DNA of 64,000 bases, from contig CM022671.1 in assembly GCA_012295275.1 (NCBI GenBank), positions 1,550,001 through 1,614,000 of the forward strand. The letters run 5' to 3'. This document shows, one piece after another, positions 45,701-57,690 of the stretch. Made by a program: the position numbers and the translations under genes. How positions within the stretch are numbered: position 1 is the stretch's first letter; every line of letters begins with the position of its first letter. The stretch comes from Chrysomallon squamiferum. Taxonomy: Eukaryota > Animalia > Mollusca. Below the pieces are notes generated by a model, which made no database searches, had not been told where the DNA came from, and was given only the letters and a program-made list of their open reading frames with translations.

Positions 45701-48550
45701 CTTTATATCCACAACTTCTAAAAATGCATACATTTTCTTTCTTGCAGTCGAATTACACGATTACTTTGAAACAAGTGCTTTCATATTTTTAGTATTTGAA
45801 TTGTAAGTATAATTATGTTTTTTGATTCACATTAAATATATTTTAAAATAAATAAATAAGTTAAAGTTTCAGAATTTAACAAATTTTAATGTTGCATTTT
45901 AGTGTGAAAAGACTCTGATCACCTGTCCACAGTGTTCTTGAATGTTCGGGGTTACTCTGTGAAGATTATTTTAAGTTAAAATAATAACAGTCTTTATTTA
46001 TTAATTTCTTTCTAAAATAAAAAAGTGAAGTAATATTAACAGAACATTCACTGATGCCTACAGAAACTGAAAGAAAAAAAGCCTGTAGAATTTAATTAGT
46101 CTATGACATTCTTATTGAATGTAAATATTTAAACTATGATGACACTGAGGAAAACTGAACCAGCAGTCTGTCATCCCATAGTTCTGACCACTGAGTCACA
46201 GCTACCTTTCATTGTAGTGTTTTGTGTTTAATTTACAGGTGTAACAAAGGTGAACTTTTTGATTATTTAACAGAAGTAGTATCTCTGTCAGAGAAAAGAA
46301 CAAGGTATGTTAATTGTTTTGTCTTGAATACAAGTACTCAGATTCTTAAATTAAACCATTATTACTACTACTACTACTACTGCTGCTACTACTACTACTA
46401 CTACTACTACTACTGCTACTGCTACTATTGCTACTACTACTACTATCACTAGTAGTGGTAGTGGTGGAGGTGGTGTTATTGTTTTATTGTTTGTATTTAT
46501 ATTTTAAAATAATTAAATTACTTCTAGGTTTTTATTTATTTTTTGTATTATTTTATTTTAAATTGCAGTCTTAAAGATATTTTGCTTGTTATATAACTAT
46601 TATTAATTTAGATTTTGCTTCATTGTTATAATTGTATGTATGTATGTGTGTGAATCAGTATATGTTATATTCTAAGTGTGTTTTATATGTAATTTGTACA
46701 TATATTTTTTTTTACAGATTAATCATGCGACAGTTGTTTGAAGCTGTTGACTTTATCCATGGCAAAAATATAGTACACAGAGATCTGAAGGTAACTTAAT
46801 GTATTTATGGTATTTTTATTCATGTGTTTTTCACTTTTTATTTGAAGCTGAAACCAAGTATACACCTTCTGTGAATAAACATTCTTGGTTAATTGTTTTA
46901 AATTGAGGTGAGAACATTTTCACTTAATACTGGCTTTGTTTCAGTTTCTGTTTTGTCATAAATGTAATGTGGCAACAAAGACAATGTGACTGTCAAATAC
47001 TTTAATCTGGTTAATAAGAAAGCATTTATATACATTTATATATCTTGTGTGCCTGTCTGTGTGTGTGTATTTGTATGTGTGTGGGTGTGGGTGTGTTTTT
47101 TTTTTTTTATATATTTTATACTTTATTTTATACTTTATACTTTATATTTTGTATTTTTTTTTTTTTTTTTTTTTTATTATTTATTTCCAGCCTGAAAATA
47201 TTTTGCTAGATGACAACATGAACATCAAAGTGTCCGATTTTGGTTTTGCCACAGATATCAAAAGAGATGATGAATTGTTAGGTAAGAAAGATTTACTTTA
47301 TATTTTCTAGTATTTTCTCTTCTTTACTTACACAGCAGATGTTTTATCTACATAAAATGCTTTAGTCTTAGTAGTCATGTTAAACCTAACAGACAGACAG
47401 AGAAACAGAGATAGCTATATCAATAGGTCTTTTATTACTTAGCTTTCTCTCTTTGTCTTTTACTTTTATGTATCTAAATATTCTCTCTCTCTTTCTCTTT
47501 ACTTTTTTCTCTTCTTCCTTCTTTCCATTCTGTATGATTTAGCTACACATGTAAAAGATGAAAAGAAATAATGCTCAACACTGTATACACTGTGTATCTG
47601 TTAACACTTTTGGAGACTAACTGGTATTAATTACATGTTTTATTCAGAACTGTGTGGAACCCCTGGTTACCTAGCACCTGAAGTTTTAGCTGTTTCCATG
47701 TATGAAAATGTCAAAGGCTATGGGAAACCTGTTGACCTGTAAGTTAATGTCATTAGATCAGTAACCAAGAAAAAAGTTTAAATAAAATAAAACAAGAGGC
47801 AAAATGGTAGAGTCTGGCCAGTTGAAAAATCCTAGAATGAAGATGATAAATATTGATGACTGGCTAGTTGAAAATAAAATCTGATCAGTGTTGATGACTT
47901 AATAGTGGATAAATATTGATGACCAACTAGTCAAAAATAAATTGATATCAAAGTTGATGACTATATAATTTAAACAAGATGAACAAGAATTACAGAATGA
48001 ATTATTATTAAAGTTGATGATAAAATTGCTTTAGATGATTTGATAAATGTGGAATTTTTTTCATTTTTTTTTTTTTTTTTTTTTAATGATTTGCAGGTGG
48101 GCTTGTGGTGTGATTATGTACACTTTGTAAGTTTTATTTTATTTATTTTGTTTCTATTTTAATTTCTTTTTTTTCAAAGTAAAAAGTGAAATGTTTATTC
48201 ATTGTACAGCTCATGCCTGTGCATTCTCAAACGTTTGCACAGATACATCAAATTTAAATGTGCATACAGATGCACACACACACATACATACACAATTACA
48301 CCCACACAAACATCCATGCATGTTCATGCTTGATGTTTAAAACAAACTGAGACACATTCTGGTTTTATTCAGACTGTGTGGATCTCCTCCACACACACAC
48401 ATACGGACACACAGACACATACACACACACAGACACACACTCATACACACAGACACATATACACACACAGATACACAGACACACTCATACACTGAGATAC
48501 ACTGAGATACATTGCTGTTTTATTCAGAATGTGTGGATCTCCTCCACACA

Positions 48551-48593
<43 letters not shown>

Positions 48594-48783
48594 ACACTGA
48601 GACACATTGCTATTTTATTCAGATTGTGTGGATCTCCTCCATACACAAACACACACACAAACACACACACTGAGATACATTGCTGTTTTATTCAGATTGT
48701 GTGGATCTCCTTCATACACAAACACACACACTGAGATACACTGCTGTTTTATTCAGAATGTGTGGATCTCCTCCACACACACA

Positions 48784-48832
<49 letters not shown>

Positions 48833-49388
48833 AAACACACACACTGAGACACATTGCTGTTTTATTCAGAATGTGTGGATCTCCTCCATTCTGGCACAGG
48901 AAGCAGATGTTGATGTTGCGAGCCATCATGCAGGGCAGCTACTCCTTCAACAGCCCCGAGTGGGACGAAGTCTCAGACACACCAAAAGATCTGGTATGTA
49001 ATTCCCTGCTGTCACTATTTTGTTGTTGTTGTTGTTGTTTCAGTACTGCTTTAGAACACCGTATGATCAGCCTTCACTTCTACGTTGCTAAATTTGTCCC
49101 AAGAGAATGAGTGGGTGAGTGAGTTATAGAGCAAGCTGGCATTTACTTGATTCACACAGCTAACTCACATCTGATCCATCATTTTTAATACATGTAAGCA
49201 GATAGCATTCAGCAGTAACAGAAAAAACCCAGAAGTAGTGTAATAGAAAAATAAAGTTAGGTAATAATGATGTCTGTGTTTGTTTAGATAAGAAAACTGT
49301 TGGTTGTTGAACCCAGTGAACGAATCACAGCCAGCGAAGCATTGAATCACACCTTTTTCAGACGTGAAGTAAGTGACCACAGTTTTAC

Positions 49389-49445
<57 letters not shown>

Positions 49446-49670
49446 ACTTACACATATACACATACACATACATATACACTTACACATATACACACACACA
49501 CACATTCACACACACATACACACACCAGACACACACACACATTCACACACACATACACACATCACACACACACATACATACATACATACATACATACATA
49601 CATACATACATACATACATACACACACAAACACACCCATACACACATCACACATACACACATACATACAT

Positions 49671-49703
<33 letters not shown>

Positions 49704-50738
49704 TACACACATCACACACACACACATACATACATACATACACACACACATACACACACAAACACACCCATACACACACACACATAGACTTACACACACA
49801 CACAACAGACACACACACGCACACACATGCACACACACACCAGACACACACATACACACACACATACATACACACAGCAGACACACATATACACAGACAC
49901 ACACACTCACATACAGACACACAGACACACACACAGATACACACACACAGACACACACAACACACACACACACACACACACAATTAAGAAAAACTACCTC
50001 ATTTTATTTAAAATTGTGTTTACAGTACTAATTTTTCAAGCAGATTTTTTAATACATTTGATTATATTTTTGTGTTATTTCAGATGGTTCCAAAAAAGAA
50101 GTTTATGGCAAAAAAGCATTTTTTGGTGAGTGTATTTTTATTCTTAAAAACATTTGACAAATTTGTATAAACTTAGTGAAATAATAAAATAATACTTAAA
50201 AAAAATTATTAGTTGCCTTAATCTTTATAACTCTTTTTTTTTTCTTCATAATTCAACTATATAAATGATATTGTACTGTTTATTTATTTTTTTATTTACT
50301 TAGTTTGTTATGTATTTTCATTTTGATTCTCGTTTTAATTATATATATATATTTTTTTTTATCCAAATTCCTCTTATATTTCACACTTACAGTATTTATA
50401 TAATAAATGATTTTATCTCTTTTATTCAAATTCTGGGCTATCACATACTCAATCTTTCTGTTTGTGAATTATATATAAAATCTTGTTTTCTATTCCAGTC
50501 TGCCATTCTTTGTGTGAGATTCTTTTACCGCCTCCAGTATTTCTATCACCACCCAACCGCGATCTCCTACGAAATAGTGACGACAAATCCTTACAGTGTC
50601 AAACTGCTGCGCAAACTCATAGACGGGTGTGCTTTTGGCATGTACGGACACTGGGTGAAGAAGGGAGACAATCAGAACAGGGCTGCTCTCTTCGAACACC
50701 TCCTGAGAGAGGACTGGAAGGCATCAACACCGACATAA
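36101..50738 (+). CDS. PHKG: Phosphorylase b kinase gamma catalytic chain, 12 coding exons: join(36101..36198,43986..44161,45748..45802,46239..46304,46718..46790,47191..47281,47648..47738,48097..48126,48870..48993,49288..49368,50084..50125,50499..50738), 1167 nt, ~388 aa
   Basis: Manual splicing on GT-AG sites with consistent phases gives [82 protein letters not shown] and the PHKG-specific tail [26 protein letters not shown]. Length is similar to vertebrate PHKG1/2. Confidence 0.95.
38670..38760 (+). promoter_or_regulatory. Candidate internal PHKG promoter
   Basis: Two reverse CCAAT boxes (ctgattggc ~38706, tgattggg ~38740) and TGACCT/TGACCC/GGGTCA nuclear-receptor-type half sites directly upstream of the candidate alternative exon. 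Confidence 0.35.
38838..38941 (+). CDS. PHKG: Candidate alternative first coding exon of PHKG ([34 protein letters not shown])
   Basis: Open frame from ATG (in-frame TAG immediately before) ending in a kinase subdomain-I lead-in Y.F.EVIG, followed by overlapping donors GGA|gtgtga and GT|gtgagt that both join exon 2 in frame. CCAAT boxes lie upstream. Confidence 0.55.
39696..39770 (+). mobile_element. Degenerate tRNA-derived SINE head
   Basis: ggctgTAGCTCAGTGATTAGAGC A-box/D-arm-like; decayed B-box region; no cloverleaf. Confidence 0.45.
43986..44161 (+). CDS. PHKG: PHKG coding exon 2 ([23 protein letters not shown]...HPHI)
   Basis: Gly-loop and VAIK-type lysine. Long T tract then cacagag|; donor A|gtaagt. 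Confidence 0.9.
44164..45290. repeat. Minisatellite, ~32-bp unit (aaagtaacagctygttttacttttaaatactt) with interspersed 24-bp variant (aaaccattttacttttaaatactt), roughly 35 units
   Basis: Directly visible; starts at the PHKG exon 2 donor. Confidence 0.95.
45748..45802 (+). CDS. PHKG: PHKG coding exon 3 ([18 protein letters not shown])
   Basis: cttgcag| ... TT|gtaagt, phases 1 to 2 consistent. Confidence 0.9.
46239..46304 (+). CDS. PHKG: PHKG coding exon 4 ([22 protein letters not shown])
   Basis: tttacag| ... AG|gtatgt; GELFDYL motif. Confidence 0.92.
46718..46790 (+). CDS. PHKG: PHKG coding exon 5 ([24 protein letters not shown])
   Basis: tttacag| ... AAG|gtaact; catalytic loop HRDLK. Confidence 0.92.
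47191..47281 (+). CDS. PHKG: PHKG coding exon 6 ([30 protein letters not shown])
   Basis: tttccag| ... G|gtaaga; DFG motif. Confidence 0.92.
47648..47738 (+). CDS. PHKG: PHKG coding exon 7 ([30 protein letters not shown])
   Basis: ttattcag| ... CT|gtaagt; APE motif; activation-loop Glu (ELCGT) as in PHKG. Confidence 0.92.
48097..48126 (+). CDS. PHKG: PHKG coding exon 8, 30-nt micro-exon ([10 protein letters not shown])
   Basis: ttgcag| ... TT|gtaagt; subdomain IX. Confidence 0.9.
48347..48887 (+). repeat. Six copies of a ~44-bp intron/exon junction (ctgagayacattgctgttttattcag|aHtgtgtggatctcctcc) separated by CA-rich spacers
   Basis: Copies start at ~48347, 48502, 48597, 48670, 48731 and 48844. 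Confidence 0.95.
48870..48993 (+). CDS. PHKG: PHKG coding exon 9 ([41 protein letters not shown])
   Basis: ttttattcag| ... CTG|gtatgt; [12 protein letters not shown] signature. Confidence 0.92.
49288..49368 (+). CDS. PHKG: PHKG coding exon 10 ([27 protein letters not shown])
   Basis: tgtttag| ... GAA|gtaagt; subdomain XI. Confidence 0.9.
49391..49981. repeat. ~590-bp degenerate (CA)n/(CATA)n array filling the PHKG intron after exon 10
   Basis: Directly visible. Confidence 0.95.
50084..50125 (+). CDS. PHKG: PHKG coding exon 11 ([14 protein letters not shown])
   Basis: tatttcag| ... TTG|gtgagt; phase 0/0; position corresponds to the start of the calmodulin-binding tail. Confidence 0.75.
50499..50738 (+). 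CDS. PHKG: PHKG last coding exon ([10 protein letters not shown]...[19 protein letters not shown])
   Basis: tattccag|; conserved [28 protein letters not shown]; TAA ends at 50738. Confidence 0.92.
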   Translation, partial: SAILCVRFFYRLQYFYHHPTAISYEIVTTNPYSVKLLRKLIDGCAFGMYGHWVKKGDNQNRAALFEHLLREDWKASTPT

Positions 50739-53700
50739 TGAGACTTGACCTTTAGGTGTTCACGTTCTTGTCAAAACATGAAACAGCACTCATTTTGCTG
50801 ATGATCTTTTGGAACTGTTTGATGCTGGCGAATTCTGATATTGAACTGATTGAAGCTGGAATTGATTAAAAAATGCTAACATAACGAGATGTGATAGTTA
50901 GGTGTTGTTATGTTTTCTTCTAGCTGATATTCTGCAGATGGGAATAGCACTGTTTAACAGATGAATTTGTGTTTACCCTACTTACAACTTCTTCAAAATG
51001 TATGCAGTGTAGTTTGAACTAATCAGCAAGATGCATGTAGTGAATATTTGTTTTTTCAAAATGTTTTGTATTATCTCATCAGACTGTAGCATGTGATGCT
51101 TATACTTGACCCTGCACAATTCACAGACGAGTATGTTTAGAATTCCTTCTTGAACTGCTCTTTTTTCTTCAGTGTTTGTGAGTGTCCATTACAGATAACA
51201 GTTCTGTAGATAGAGATTGTGGTTCTTCAAATAATTTTGTTATTTAACTTTTACTCTTTCATAATGTTAACACACAAAACAGGTTTACAGTAGATCCCTT
51301 TAGAATGGGTTTCATGGGATGTATCTTTTGAAACTTTCACTAACAGAACAACTCAGAATTGACATCAACATGGTATTGTTTTATGGATGAATTCTCAGTT
51401 TAGAAAATAGTCGACAGTGTTTCTTCAAGCAGTCATTCTACAAACAACAAAGAGTTATTATCATCAAAATTATGTTGAAAAGTGTGGCTTTTAGAAGTTT
51501 CATTTTTAATATTTTGTTAAAATGGATTTAGATGTGTTCATACTTGTTACTATTATTTAAAATTAAATTGATATTTGAACCTAGTCTCATAGGTTTAAAA
51601 AAAAATTAAAAATCAAAGAAGAAGAAGAATGTAAAATTTTAAATTTTATTTACAGATAATCTGAAGTAATCTTTTTAAAGTGTGCCTGAGATGGTTTGAA
51701 CAAATTATTATTTTTTTTTTTTTTTTACTCATTTATAAAAGTTTGCTTATGCATTATAAACTGGTAAAATAAGAAGCCTTTGACAGTATGTTAAGAATTT
51801 TGACCTGAAAGCAAAACTGGCTTGAAATAAGTCTGCTGAATGTTAGTGTTTTGAGCTTATTTTGTTTATTATTGTTATATTTGGGATACAATCCAAAAAT
51901 GTTACATGGACTGATTAATTTTGTTTGTACATTGCCATGTTTGTGTGTCTTTATTTATCCTTTATTATTATTATTCCCTTTTATTGGTTCCAATAAAATA
52001 TTTTGTTTAAATGTTTTTATTTATTTATTTATTTATTTATTCATTCATTCATTTATTTATTCTTTTATTTTTTATTTATTTTATCAATAAGATAAACCCA
52101 CTAAACATTCACTGATATTATTAAAACACTCATACATTTTTAAAATCTGTTTAAACAACAGTGGATTTCTTTGTTTTTTATGAAGGTTAGATGTCAGCAG
52201 CAAAAAGGAAAAGTCATTTTGGTTCAGTTCACTGCTGGGAACAGGAAAAATTTCTGTTCTTTATTTAATGTCAGAAAGTGAAAGAAAAACTGATAGGATT
52301 TTCTTTCTCTCTCTTTCTTTTTCTTTTTCTTTTTTTTTCTTTCTTTCTTTCTTTCTCATAAAATATTTAATTTCATAAACAAAATCTTGATGGGTGGCAT
52401 GTTATGAATAAAAATTTAACAACTACTGACATATTCTGATAATGAGCCAGTTTTTATATTTTATTTACTGTTTATATTTTATTTACTGTTTATATTTTAT
52501 GGTTAATATAATTTTTTCATTTATATTTGGTTTATTTAAAATTGTGTGTGTTGAATATACTTCTTTATATGCTACTTTCCACATTCCATAAAATCTGTCT
52601 ATTACACATTTTTAGTTATTAATAAATTAAGAAATCTTCAAAAATTTTGTAAAATAAATTTATAGAAATTACATTTTTTGGAAGAATTAAAATAAAATTT
52701 TAAGAGATGTTTGTTTTGTATATGTAATACATGTAAGCAAATTATAATTGTCATCAACTTTATAATTTTGTTATAGCTTTCATCAGTTGGAACATAATGT
52801 AGAAGATATTTAAGGGGACATTTATAAAATGTGGGTTACATATATTAAAATTTTTCTAGTTTATAAAACTGATACTTTTAGGTAATAAAAATATTTCTGA
52901 ATTTTATTTCTATTTATTTTTTTTATTTATTTATATTAATTTTATTTGTTTGTTCTGCATATTATTATATTTTTTTTATTATTCTTTTTTTTCTTTTTTT
53001 TCCTTGATATTACTGCTGGATTAGTGCTTTAGTAATAACAAATACACCTCAGTATAATTTGATTGTTGTCATTTCATTGTTATCCTGATCTCTGTGTATT
53101 TCAAAATATTTATTCAGAAACCTTTTCTTGATTGTTCTTTTATTATTTTGTGAATTCCTTTAGGCCTTTTTTTAAAAATTATTTTAATTATTATTTTTTT
53201 TCTACTCATGTTTATTTTCCTGTTTGCACATTTGTTTTGCTATTTGCTACTCAGTCTGAACGTAACAACAAGATTTTTCAGTTGGTAAAAATGAGTCAGA
53301 CGATTACAAATTTCATTCTGACTAGTTTCAGTGCCTGATACATGTGACAGTATCATTTGCATGATTTAACATAAACACAGCCAAACATAAAATTTTGACA
53401 ATGAAATCAGAGCTTTACATGTATATTTAATGCATTTGAAAAAAAACATGTTTTTATGCAGTGATTGTTTTATAAGTCTGCACAATACACCAACAGTCTA
53501 AATGTTGGTGAACTGGAAAATGTATTATTTATGTTGTAAAATATAAATTAACAAGTCTTCTGAATGCCAAGTGCAGTTAGATGCAAAACTAAAAGCACAA
53601 ATGCAAATACAGAAAACTATGTTTTTATATATGTGCTGTAACAATCTACGTTACTTGCTAACTTTTCTTCACAAGAAATTGCCACTTAATTTTGTTTTTC

Positions 53701-56192
53701 AATTGTCACTTATGTGAAAAATCTGTTTGAACAGTCACCTACTTAAATAGACCAGTAATATGGACATTTATTTATTTTTTATTTATTTATTTATTTATTT
53801 ATATCCATTTTTAAGTCTATTTTTTAAAATCTGGCTTGAAAAGACAAGTAAAATAATGTTTTATTTGGTTTCAAACCTGTTAGAGGACATTTATTACAAG
53901 ATGACTGATATTTACTGAAGTTTATTTACTGTATTATTTTGTGAAAGAATAGTTCCATATAAAAACAATTTAAAAAAAAAAAATTACGCTAACATGTTTT
54001 TTGTTAATGTAAGATTAGAACTTTTCTTATAACATCTTAGATTTTTTATTTATTTTTTTATTCATTTTGCCACTGTTGATGTTTCAAGAATTTAGAAAAC
54101 ACTTTTCACTCTAATAAAAATTAATATTAGTATTAATGAATAACAGACATAATATTTTATTAATAAATTTATTAAATGAACAAGAGAAAGCAAAAATGAA
54201 GAGAAAACAATTTTTAATAAGATTTTGATGTATCTGTGTGTGTGTGTGTGTGTGTGTTTTTCTATAGATGTATATTTAATTATTATTAAATCTTACTTTA
54301 ATCATGAAACTGATTTTATTTATTTATTTATTTATTTTAATCTTTTTACCTGAAATTAAAGCACACTGTGTTACAGCTTATAACAACATAACAAACTTTA
54401 TATTCATTAGCGACTTTTATAAAGTTCACAGACCCTCCAGTCTTGTTTTTTTTAATTTTATTTAATTTATGTGTACAATCATATAAAATTCCAGATGTGC
54501 ATTTCATCTATATATATATATTTTTAAAAAGTAAATTAATACTGAATATAATAGCAAGAATCACATATACTTGTTTCAAAATTTATTTATTTATTTATTT
54601 AATAAATTAAAAAAGTTATACATAAACAGATATTTATTTTTGTCATTTTTTTTTTCTTTGCCTTCATTACTTAACTGTTCATATTTTAAAAGTTTATTTT
54701 ATTAAATTCTTTGCAGTGTGATCAACATTTGCTATCTGTTTACATGTATTATAGTGACTGTGTTATACGTTTATTATTAGAATGTGCTAAACATATACTG
54801 AACAAAAACAGATTAGGGATCATGGAATATTTGTTCAGTGTTTTAATTCATTTAATGTAATAAATACATGAAATTCAAGACTGATGGTACATGTTGATGC
54901 ATCATGCTTTTTTATGTTGGTAATAAACCTGTTTCATCAGCTAGATATTTCTCATTTCACACTTGAAAATAATTTCATGATACCTAACTTTTTTTTATTA
55001 GTATATTTATTGTTAGGATTTATTAGGAACGGCAACCTAAGACCATGGTTTTCAACTTAATATCTGGTGTGTGTGATGAACAGCATTTAAAACAATAAAT
55101 ACCAGAATGTTTTAACAATTGTTTTAACTGTTATAGCTATGAATTGTTGTTTGCTTACATTGGTATCTTGGGAAATTAATTTCAGTATGAGTTAGTTTGA
55201 ATTTTAGATGAATTTTCTATTGTTAGATGTTGGACATTTGGTTTTCCTATTTTTCCATTAATAGCAGAGGCTGTTTTGTATGTTTTCTCACAGGAAAGTT
55301 TAAACAGATGGGTGCAATGAGTGATTTGATCCCTTGACCATTACACTGACCTGCATCAAATGTTTGATTATTTTAAAGGTGTCTTTATTAAGTTTTACTG
55401 AGAAAGGGAAGACAACGTTAAATATAAATTCATTTAATTCTTATTTGCTGTGTGATATTTGTTGTCCCCCAAAGGGAAAGTTGCTATGTATAGCTGTTCT
55501 GTTCATCCCAGATGAAAGATTGTTCACATAAATTACCAGTCCATGTGTCACAAAGTTCAGGAAACCGCTCACTGTTTGTAGATGTTAGAAAATTATAGCT
55601 TTTTCATTTTTCTACAGGCTGTCCACTGGAATCACAGACAAAAAATATATATTAATCCACGTTTTATTTTACTCACATCATTCACAGTAGGTTTTTTAAT
55701 AGGGCAACGCATGTGATGTAACTGATGAAGTTATTCCGTGTATCATTTTATATATATTTTTTCCTGTGATTTCAAATTGCCTGTTTGTTTAGAGAAATTT
55801 AACAGCATGTGTTAATGAGTTCTCTCCCTTTATTTATTTATTTTCCTATTCTCTTCTTGACATCTAGGATAGTGTTTTAATTTTGTTTAATTCTTCAATA
55901 AAAATCTGAAACTGAACTTGTGATCCTGTTTTTTGTTTAATAAATACATTCGAAAGAAATAGCAGAATTGCATTGTTAGAAAGTATTTCAAGATACTGGA
56001 CCAATCACAACATGACATACATTAACACACATTAGATTTAAAAATAATTTTTATATTATGGCTTTATTAATAAAATAATAAAAACAATTGCACTGAAATA
56101 GAGATAAATCAAAATTTTGTATTCCTTTTCTCACTTATTTGTTTTCTGTGTATTTATTAATGTATGTGTATTTACACAGTGTCAGTTTGAAT

Positions 56193-56375
56193 CTATCTAT
56201 TTACAATTATCTCCAAGTCTTCGTCATCATACACTGGCTCTTCATGGTTTTGCCAGAACGAATCTGACAAGTGATTTAATTTGTTTTCGAGAAAGAAATG
56301 AACAGAAAGATCATTGAAAACTTCATCATGGAGAAAAGTCTGTGGAAGTCTTAGTTCTGTAGTGAAAGGCTGAAT
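56193..56375 (-). CDS. SRRD: SRRD last exon (IQPFTTELRLPQTFLHDEVFNDLSVHFF...DEDLEIIVNR*)
   Basis: U12-type acceptor ttccttaacagattcctag|; TAG ends at 56193. Confidence 0.9.
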   Translation of the reverse strand: MQPFTTELRLPQTFLHDEVFNDLSVHFFLENKLNHLSDSFWQNHEEPVYDDEDLEIIVNR

Positions 56376-57604
56376 CTAGGAATCTGTTAAGGAATGAAGT
56401 AAAAAATATAAGTGGAAGTTTTAATTATAATACTGATTTTAAAAAACTCCTTTTATCCTGTATTTACTAATAATTTTCTTATTATTTATTTATTAACTTT
56501 TAATTATTGCATTATACAAAATGATAGTACTCATCTTTAAAAAGAAACTAAAGTACATTATGTTAATAAATAAAATTGTTCTCCAGCAAAATATAACATA
56601 AATAAAAAATTTTACTCCCCCAAAATAAAGAAAAAATATTTATGTAATTATCTATTATCTGACTGTCAGTTTAGTTTTAGATATTAATCATCAAACAACC
56701 TAATGAAGCTTAGATTTATTTACACTTAAACAGAAATTGTCATTTGATTTGTTTAAATATTTTCAAATGCTCTGACCATTTAAACTATCACTAATGTAAA
56801 ATATGAATGAATATATTGCTGAAATTTTATCTTGTAAATATTATAGTGAGTTACATATTTAGGTTTAAACATCTGCTCTGGACTCACAAATTATAATTCT
56901 GATTTGTTATATCACAGTTTTATCTTTCTAACTAATTAAAATCTGAATGAGTATACTTTTGAAACTTTCTGTTGTAAATGATAGAGTGAATTAAATTTTA
57001 ATTAACAAATATAATGTTATTAATACTGAAGTTTTGCAGAATGTAAAGGATACTCTGATAATGTAAGAACCAGTTTTCTCTAGAAGTCGTTTTGGTGTCC
57101 TGAATTAAAATAAAAAAATAAACAGAAATCAGTTATATCTGAATGTACCTATATTTTAGATTAGTCTACTAATCTGTAAATGTACTTCATGATGTTTCAT
57201 ATTTCACAAATATTTAATAACGTTTTGCCACAATTTATTAACGTTTAAAATATAAATGTATTTTATATCAACTTATTAATGCCTAAAATCCTACACTGAT
57301 CAACATTTTCAAAAATTCTATTTCTGATTAGTCATGTAACAATACTTAGACTTTGACCAATGAACAAGGGTAACTAACTACCTGTGTATCATAGATGAGA
57401 AACTGTTTCCTACGAGAGTGATGTTTGTCAGGTTTTTGAGATTCCAGTTTTCATAGAGTAAATTGTTATACAGAGCTTTACCACAGTGAGGCATCAACAC
57501 CAGACTGGGAACTTCACACTGTCGTTTTCCTTCCTGGGTAGTAATAATAATAACAATAACAATAATAATAATAATAATAACAACAATGACAACAACAACA
57601 GTAA

Positions 57605-57645
<41 letters not shown>

Positions 57646-57649
57646 ATTA

Positions 57650-57690
<41 letters not shown>

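Noticed and set aside
48347-48887. Repeat-spacer layout superficially like a CRISPR array
   Set aside because: Eukaryotic intron, spacers are CA microsatellite, the repeat is a splice junction, and there are no cas genes.
49300-50031. 243-aa His/Thr-rich ORF
   Set aside because: PHKG exon 10 reading through a strong donor into a (CA)n intron.
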